Below are positions 19,489-27,053 of a DNA stretch of 27,053 nucleotides, one piece after another. Source of the DNA: Octopus sinensis (lineage: Eukaryota). Position numbers and translations under genes: made by a program. The notes under the pieces were generated by a model. It worked only from the letters and a program-made list of their open reading frames with translations, was not told the origin of the DNA and ran no database searches. Position 1 is the stretch's first letter; each line of letters opens with the position of its first letter. The stretch covers positions 1 to 27,053 of the forward strand of contig NW_021834070.1 of the NCBI RefSeq assembly GCF_006345805.1, read 5' to 3'.

Positions 19489-19535
<47 letters not shown>

Positions 19536-19541
19536 CATACA
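19348..19541. repeat. (TATG)n and (TA)n microsatellites
   Basis: Directly visible. Confidence 0.95.
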
Positions 19542-19840
19542 TACATGTATATGCATGTATAAAATCGTCTACAAACATATGGATATATATACATATATAT
19601 GCATGTATAAAATCGTCTACAAACATATGGATATATATATATATATATATACATACGTATGTGTGTTTAAAGTATGTTTGTGTTTAATATATGTACATAT
19701 ATATATATATACACACACATATATACATATATGCATGTGTGTATACTCACACACACACACACACACGCACACACATATATAGACATACACATTGAATATC
19801 CGTATGTATGTGGGCGATTTTATACGTGCATATACATGTA
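19542..19840. mobile_element. MITE-like/foldback structure with 45-bp imperfect terminal inverted repeats
   Basis: 19542-19586 matches the reverse complement of 19796-19840 at 40/45 positions. The left arm is also tandemly duplicated (period 48). Both flanks are (TA)/(CATA) sequence. Confidence 0.55.
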
Positions 19841-20292
19841 TATAAATATATATATATAAATATATATATCAACGTCCTTAATATACCTCATATATACTCC
19901 TTCTCGCCCGTTACATTTCAATTAGAGGCGAATTATAACCTGTAATCTTCTGCTGCGGTTATTTACTTTATTTGTTGTTGTCTTCATCATTTATTAATGT
20001 ATTTATTATATTAATTGTTTTTTTCATTCTATTTTATTGTGGTGAAATTTAAAACATATACACGAGCATGCATCGCCCGTATCTTTGCTAGATTACCGAA
20101 AAATCCGATATCACCAATAGAAAACACAATTGTTCGCTTCGCTCTAACAATTGACAACCGGCTGTCGGAAGCTTTTCAAGATAACTTGGGATTTAATGAA
20201 GATTTCATTTTTATTTTATTCTTTAATTGTTTATAGATTTTTCTGTTCTTGTATTTTACATTTTTATTTTATTGCTCTTTTTTTTTTTGAAG

Positions 20293-20445
20293 ATATGTGG
20301 CCTAGTGGTTAAGGTGTTGGACTAAGAACTCTTTGGACATTGGTTCGATTCCAGATCTGCCAGTTTGTTGTGTTCTTGAACCATGAGCTTTATTTGCTGC
20401 AGTTTACGTTGCTCCTGCCTGTCAGCTGTTAATAGGGACCAGCCA
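20293..20445 (+). mobile_element. tRNA-derived SINE, family C (degenerate)
   Basis: A box TGGCCTAGTGG (20298-20308) and B box GGTTCGATTCC (20342-20352), followed by GTTGTGTTCTTGAAC..CTTTATT..ACGTTGCTCC..TCAGCTG. No acceptor stem. Confidence 0.7.
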
Positions 20446-20459
20446 AGTGCCGGTGCATC

Positions 20460-20855
20460 TGCCTTTTTTTTCTCTCACTTTCTCTTTCTCGCTACCTCTG
20501 CCTCTCTCTTTCACCTTGTCTGTCTCTCTCTATTTGTCTGACTCCATCTCTTCCTTTATCTGTCTGCTTCTCTCTCTCTCTTTTCATTTGTCTCCCCCCC
20601 CCACCTTTATGTGTGTATGTCTGTGTCCTCGACCTGACTCTGTGTTTCTTGGTGTGTCTCTCACTCTGTCTCTCTCTCCCTTTCAATCATTCAAGGTGTG
20701 TGCCTGTCTCTCTATCTTCCTGTCTTATCTTTGTCCATTCATAACTCTCTTGCACTCTAACTCAATATGTTTGTTCACCTGTCCCTTTCACACACACACA
20801 CACACACACCAGAGGCACACACACCCACTCACACGCACTCACACACACACATACG
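20460..20855. repeat. Degenerate (TC)n/(TCTG)n pyrimidine tract ending in (CA)n
   Basis: Directly visible. Confidence 0.85.
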
Positions 20856-21610
20856 TCCTCGATGTTCTGCTGGGTCACTGTTGAAAGAAACGAAAACACT
20901 ATTTAGATCTGCACGCAATTAAGCAGGCACCTAAAACAATTAACGAAAGCATGACGAGTTACCAAGTCATACAAGTAATGGCTGCAGCTTTTGTTTTTTA
21001 CATATTCTTTATTAAATTTTCTTTACTTTGCTGTATGTTATTTAATTTTCTCGTTCTTTTATTCGTAAAATATCATATGGTAGCTCTTACAGTTGGTGCT
21101 ATTGCTGGTTGTCGTGGAATATTTATATTTTTATGTAGTGGTTAGTTACATTGGATGTCGATAGTAATTGAAGGACTGCGAGCTTGATTGATCACTTTTT
21201 TGTTGACTACCTATACCAGAACAGTAAACTATATATACATACATACGTACATACACACACACAATATATATATATATATGTACGTATGTATGTGTGTATG
21301 TACATATATATGCAGCGAAAGCGACGATGTTCGTCTCACTCTAGTTTATAAAGGAATTTATGGCAGACAGTTTCACAGGTTCTAGCTTTCTAATGATGTT
21401 TGTCAACGCAGTATGTATCCGACTAACACCTACTGAAACTAAATTATAGAAAATATAAATAAGACATTCACTGATATGGCAGAAACTTGTTGAGTTGTAG
21501 AAAAACTCAGTGTGTGCAATTGAAACAACATTTAATTAAAATCGCCTCCTGTGTATCATACTAAACGTATTCACACCGTTAGAAGACAAGACGCTGTACA
21601 ATTACTCATT

Positions 21611-22012
21611 TACTCTTTTACTTGTTTCAGTCATTTTGACTTCGGTCATGCTGGAGCACCGCCTTTAGTCGAGCAAATCGACCCCAGGACTTATTCTTTG
21701 TAAGCCCAGTACTTATTCTATCGGTTTCTTTTGCCGAACCGCTAAGTTACGGGGACGTAAACACACCACCATCGGTTGTCAAGCGATGTTGGGGGCAGGC
21801 AAACACAGACACACAAACATATACATACACATATACATCTATATACATATTACGATGGGCTTCTTTTCAGTTTCCGTCTACCAAATCCACTCACAAGGCT
21901 TTTGTCGGCCCGAGGCTATATTAGAAGACACTTGCCCAAGGTGCCACGTAGTGGGAATGAACTCGGAACCTTGTGGTTGGTAAGCAAGCTACTTACCACA
22001 CAGCCACTCCTG
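21611..22012 (-). mobile_element. SINE family B, full length (tRNA head, CORE-like segment, internal microsatellite, CR1-like tail)
   Basis: Minus strand: CAGGAGTGGCTGTGTGGTAAG (A box), GAGTTCATTCCC (B box), CACCTTGGGCAAGTGTCTTCT, (TG/TA)n at ~21805-21850, tail GGCGGTGCTCCAGCATGACCGAAGTCAAAATGACTGAAACAAGTAAAAGAG. Confidence 0.92.
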
Positions 22013-22849
22013 TTTTAGATAAAAAATCTCTTCATCAGCTTGTGCTCAAAACACAATATATCGGCGCAGAACGTGCATCAGCGCAACAGAGAATCACTTG
22101 AACAACAAATACGTTTCGCTTTTCTTGAGGCTTGGCTCCCTCAAGCTTCCGTAATACTACTGAATGTTTTATTTGTTGTTTCCTATATATAGGAGCTCGA
22201 AGTTAAGCAAGTGGCAGTCGGGGTACGTTGCATACATTCAATATGACACATACACCGCGAATTTAATGTAATGCTGCTTCGATCGAATAAACGGCATTGC
22301 CACCTTACATCATGGTGCAACACAGCTCGAGGGCTTCAATTCTAATCCATATACACTATGGATGTTGCCAATAAATAAATGTCATAGGGCCCTGCGCATC
22401 GAGTGGCACGGAACCTATAATGCAGCAAAGGAAACTCTGATATATCGTCAACAGTTTTTCTTTATTATTCCAGAAGACAATTGACAGTGTAGAATACTTC
22501 TATGTTCAAAGGCGTTCTATCTGTAAATATCTTTATGTTTATATATGTTTGTGATTTGTTTGTGATGGCATTAGGGTGATTGTTGTTTAGCCCCCAGTCA
22601 GTGGGTAATTCTAACAATTCTCGTCTTATTTTTTATTTTCTATGTTCAAGGAAACCAGCTCTGGATCATCTAAGATGTCCGGGTTTTTTTTAATGTTAAT
22701 ATTAGATTTGAGGAAGATTTTGGCTGCTATTTCGAGCAAGTTGAATGTCAATGACTATTGAAAAGTCCCTTTAATTTTGCTGTGAGAAATAAAACATTGA
22801 TATGAGAAGTATGTGTAAGTCTGGCCCCTTTTTTCTCACGCTTTCTCTC

Positions 22850-22948
22850 TGTATGTGTGTGTGTGTGTGTGTTTGTGTATATCCATGTAATATGTCTCCC
22901 TCTCTCTCTCTCTCTCTCTCCTCTTTATATATATATATATATATATAG

Positions 22949-22981
<33 letters not shown>

Positions 22982-23046
22982 TACAATATATACGTATATA
23001 TATATTATATATATATTATACACATTCATATATACATATATATACG

Positions 23047-23086
<40 letters not shown>

Positions 23087-23170
23087 ATAATATATATAAG
23101 ATATAGTATATATAATTGCTTGTTATATATACACATATATATATATATCGATAAATAAATATGTATGTAC

Positions 23171-23206
<36 letters not shown>

Positions 23207-23390
23207 TTATCAACATTTATATATGTGTATATATAACTAGCAATATATATATATATACCACACACACATACATACATACATACATACATGACCTGCATAC
23301 TTACACGCAAACACACTCATGTATATATACATACACACATACACGCATATATAATATATGCTCATATACATATAGATACATATATGTATG
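22850..23390. repeat. Compound (TG)/(TC)/(TA)/(CATA) microsatellite region
   Basis: Directly visible. Confidence 0.95.
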
Positions 23391-23727
23391 AGTAGGTGTT
23401 TATACATTTCTCTATATGTGTGGGTGTGTATGATTCGTAACAAGTGCACGGCATGTGTGAGTGTACGCACAAAGAGTACGATGTGATCATGTGATCGATT
23501 ATTCCCATGATTGCTGCTGGCGGAAAATAAAAATACAAAATAAAAACAAAAGAAAAAAACAACCAGCACATTGTTGAATATTCTGACAACTATTGAAAAT
23601 AATTCAATGTTTTGAAATTATCAGAGAAGGGAAAATAAGGGGTAACTTATCTATGCACCTATAGTACTCTGTTCCCTCACCGCCTCTATAAATCTTTAGG
23701 CACTGACAGCTCCAGCTTTGGTTCCAC

Positions 23728-24011
23728 GCACCACCGCCGCCACCACCACCACCACCACCACCACCGCCACCACCACCACCACACCACCACCACCACCACC
23801 ACCACCACCACCACCACCACAAACAGTACAGGCGCAACATGAACACACAATTCTACCATCGTCACTAGCACCGGCAACGCCGCCACCGACACGCTACCAC
23901 CACTACCACCACCACCACCACCACCGCCACCACCATTGCTACTGCGACCGTTACCACAACTACTGTTGCTGCTGCTGCTACTGCTACAACTACTGTTACT
24001 ACTACTATTAA

Positions 24012-24053
<42 letters not shown>

Positions 24054-24060
24054 GCTACTG

Positions 24061-24091
<31 letters not shown>

Positions 24092-24509
24092 CAACACCAT
24101 CATCATCACTGCAACTAGCAGTACTAACACCAATCATATGTCAGTTAAAACCAACTCTAACGATAACAATAACAGCAACAACAACAACAATAGCAAATAA
24201 TAGCACTAATAATAATAATAATATTATAATATAATAATAATGATGATAATAATAATAATGATGATGATGAGATGATGATAACAAGAAGAAGAATGAATGA
24301 AGGAGAAGAAAGAAGAAGAAGAAAGAAAAGAAGAAGAAGAAGAAGAAGAAAGAAGAAGAAAAAAGAAGAAGAGAAGAAGAAGGAAGAAGAATTAATATCA
24401 TTATTGTTGTTGCTGTTACTATTCTCATCCGCCTTGGTGGCAAGTGAAATCATCATCATCATCATCATCATCGTCATCATCGTCGTCATCATCGTCATCA
24501 TCATCATCA

Positions 24510-24587
<78 letters not shown>

Positions 24588-24640
24588 GATAATGGTGATG
24601 ATGATGACGATGAAGATGAGAAAGAGGGTGATGATAATAG
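23728..24640. repeat. Compound trinucleotide array (CAC, TAC, TGC, CAT, AAC, AAT, GAT, GAA, ATC, ATT)
   Basis: Directly visible; explains the homopolymeric-amino-acid ORFs on both strands. Confidence 0.95.
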
Positions 24641-24958
24641 GAAAACTCTAGCATCGGTTTAGCCAATGATCGTGGCACACCTCCACCACCAACTCCCCTC
24701 AGATGCTCCACCCCGTTGCAATAACAATTATAAAGAAATGAACATCAATTTCTCGACCACGCCCCACAGCACAACCCAATCATAAGACAACAACAACAAC
24801 AACAACATGTTGACAAGAAAAGCAACAGCAATAGCAAGTAACAATAGTGAGAGCAAGAAGAACGTTAACATCAACAATAACTACACCAGTAACGATGACA
24901 ACACTCGCAACAACAACAGCGACTGAAACATTCGCAACAATACTAATAACAAGAACAT

Positions 24959-25245
24959 TCAAAACTTTGTGTAGGCCTCTAAGCAGACATCGCCAAGCTT
25001 TTGGGAAAATTTGATTCTGATTCTCTGCTCAACTTTCTCTCTCGTGGCCAATGCGACGAGCACATGCTACACACCTTCCTTCCAAGCATTGCTGTAAACA
25101 GTGGTAGTGAGCTAGAACGTTAATACTCAGGCTCAATCATAGCAAAGTTTAAGATCCCTCTATGCCAAAAAGCTTCACTTCGCATTCCCTATGCTTTAAC
25201 TTCATTACTATGGCAACAGTCCGGATACTTATCGATCAGACCATC
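24959..25245 (-). mobile_element. Mariner (Tc1/mariner) DNA transposon 5' fragment: left TIR plus transposase N-terminus
   Basis: Minus strand starts TA|GATGGTCTGATCGATAAGTATCCGGACTG (mariner-type TIR with TA target). 25045-24959 reads (ACG)REKVEQRIRIKFSQKLGDVCLEAYTKF*, matching the EQRxxIKFxxKLG...EA N-terminus of mariner transposases. Confidence 0.8.
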
Positions 25246-25278
25246 TATATACATATAAACATGTGTATATCTATGTAT

Positions 25279-25530
25279 TTACTCTTTCCTTGTTTCAGTC
25301 ATTTGACTGCGGCCATGCTGGAGCACCGCCTTTAATCGAGCAACTCGACCCCAGGACTTATCCTTTTGTAAGCCCAGTACTTATTCTATCGGTCTCTTAT
25401 GCCGAACCGCTAGGTAACGGGGACATAAACACACCAGCATCGGTTGTCAAGCCATGTTTTGGGGACAAACACCAGACACACAAACATACACACGCATATA
25501 TATATATATATTATATATATATATATACGA

Positions 25531-25562
<32 letters not shown>

Positions 25563-25733
25563 CATATATAGGACGGGCTTCTTTCAGGTCCTGCAAAATC
25601 CACTCACAAGGCTTTGGGTCCGGCAGCTATAGTAGTGTGACACTTGCCCAAGGTGTCACGCAGTGGACTGTACCCGGTCCGAAACATGTGGTTGTGGTAA
25701 ACAAGATACTTACCACACAGCCACTCCTGTGCC
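25279..25733 (-). mobile_element. SINE family B, full length
   Basis: Colinear with 21611-22012. Internal (TA)n is expanded at ~25480-25570. Tail GGCGGTGCTCCAGCATGGCCGCAGTCAAATGACTGAAACAAG. Confidence 0.92.
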
Positions 25734-26062
25734 TGTATGTATATAAATCTATATATAGTAGGTGAGAAGATTATACATGTATATAATTATATTATATGCA
25801 TAATTACATTTAACGTGTAATGTATATTATATTATATATATGTATATATATATATAATATATATATATGCTATATATATTTGTGTATGCTTCTTTGTGTG
25901 CGTACGTGTGTTAGTTCTTCTGTACGTGAGTACGTGCGTGTATGCGTTGAACGAGAAATGCTGGGAGAGAAGCTTGGAAGAAAAGAAATTTAGAATCACT
26001 TACTGAATATCCAGTGAAGCTGAATGAGATGATCCGTGAAAACCCTTAATTGCACGTTAAGA

Positions 26063-26235
26063 TACACACATGTGCACACACACACACACACAACATACAT
26101 ACAGGGAAAGGCACTCACAGACACATATTAACACTTCAAATATTTACACCTATATATATACATGCATATACATGTATTTAACCCGTTCTAATACAAACAT
26201 AAATACATATATATCTGTGTGTGTGTGTGTATTAA

Positions 26236-26278
<43 letters not shown>

Positions 26279-26650
26279 TCATACATTTGTATATATTTAT
26301 GTATCTTTATACACACACACACACACATATATAAACATTTATCTACACCTACATATCTATATCTAGCGCTATATCAATATATGTGTATGTATGTCTGTAT
26401 AGACACATATTTATATAAATATACATACATACATGTATACAGTCATACATACATACTACATACATACATACATACATGCATGCATGCATACATACATACA
26501 TACATACATACATACATACATACATACATACATACATGCATGCGTGCATACATACATACATACATACATATATAGATACATACATACATACATACATACA
26601 TACATACATACATACATACATACATACATACATACATACATACATACATT
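26063..26650. repeat. Compound (CA)/(TA)/(CATA)n microsatellite region
   Basis: Directly visible. Confidence 0.95.
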
Positions 26651-27053
26651 CTATACACTGGCATGCTTGAAATTCACCCCGAATCGCTTGTGAGGAATAA
26701 TCATTATTTTCCCCCGAACCAGTTCACACGCAAAATACATCCACCCTAAGATAGTATATAATAATTATTTCTTCTTCGAGCCCATCATCTGTAATTATTA
26801 ATCTCCTTCATTTCGCCTTGAAATATGGGAAAGCACACTAATAGTAGCTGCCATGTTTTCTACTCGAAAGGCGCACTCCAGAACGAGGCTGTTGATCAGT
26901 TGAAAATTCTCGGCTTCACAATTTCACGATGTTGGAAAACTGCTTTCAAAAGTCTTAGTCAATTGTATTGAGCTATATACTTAGTTAATCGTTTTATCGA
27001 TCACCATTTTATTTATTGAATGGCTAAGTTTGACCCGATTTAGGCTACTTGTA

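Noticed and set aside
20293-20360. Possible tRNA gene
   Set aside because: A and B boxes are present, but there is no acceptor stem or clean anticodon arm and it continues into SINE-like body sequence.
22108-22155. Minus-strand hairpin CTTGAGG/CCTCAAG followed by GCGAAACGTA as another hammerhead
   Set aside because: The CUGANGA box is absent and stem I is not supported. It may be a decayed relative but cannot be called.
23718-24011. Thr/Pro/His-rich ORF as a mucin-like or transcription-factor exon
   Set aside because: It is part of the compound trinucleotide array, open in several frames on both strands, with no flanking coding context.
3313-26693. Dozens of ORFs rich in YI, MYVC, IHTY, poly-I/N/H/P
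   Set aside because: They are translations of (TA)n, (CATA)n and trinucleotide microsatellites, which lack stops in several frames. There is no domain content or splice support.
26840-26975. Possible mariner transposase C-terminus (QFHDVGKL..NCIEL)
   Set aside because: Too few matching residues, no TIR found, and opposite orientation to the 5' fragment at 24959-25245.
1-27053. CRISPR array or prokaryotic defence/operon system
   Set aside because: No regularly spaced repeat-spacer structure and no gene-dense coding sequence; the window is eukaryotic repeat-rich DNA.

Overview
AT-rich, microsatellite-saturated eukaryotic non-coding DNA. The repeat families resemble those I recall from octopus genomes (inference; no search run). 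I find no credible host protein-coding exon: almost all ORFs in the track are translations of simple repeats. The non-simple sequence is mostly decayed transposons. These include an RTE-clade LINE split by a SINE (~380-1056), a CR1/L2-type LINE 3' end (~2000-2284), and two distinct restriction-like-endonuclease (RLE) LINE families: a Dong/R4-like copy inside (TAA)n at 11217-12626 and a (CATA)n-associated family at 8947-9483 and 4614-4685. There is also a Tx1/L1-like 3' end, a mariner 5' fragment, three tRNA-derived SINE families and several Penelope-like pieces. The most notable signal is a set of hammerhead-ribozyme-like motifs. One has a fully canonical core (16511-16582, minus strand) and several carry unusually extended, structured stem II domains. 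Also notable are a (TAA)n tract holding about five separate insertions, a 3' tail shared by a LINE and several SINE copies, and a small MITE-like inverted-repeat element.
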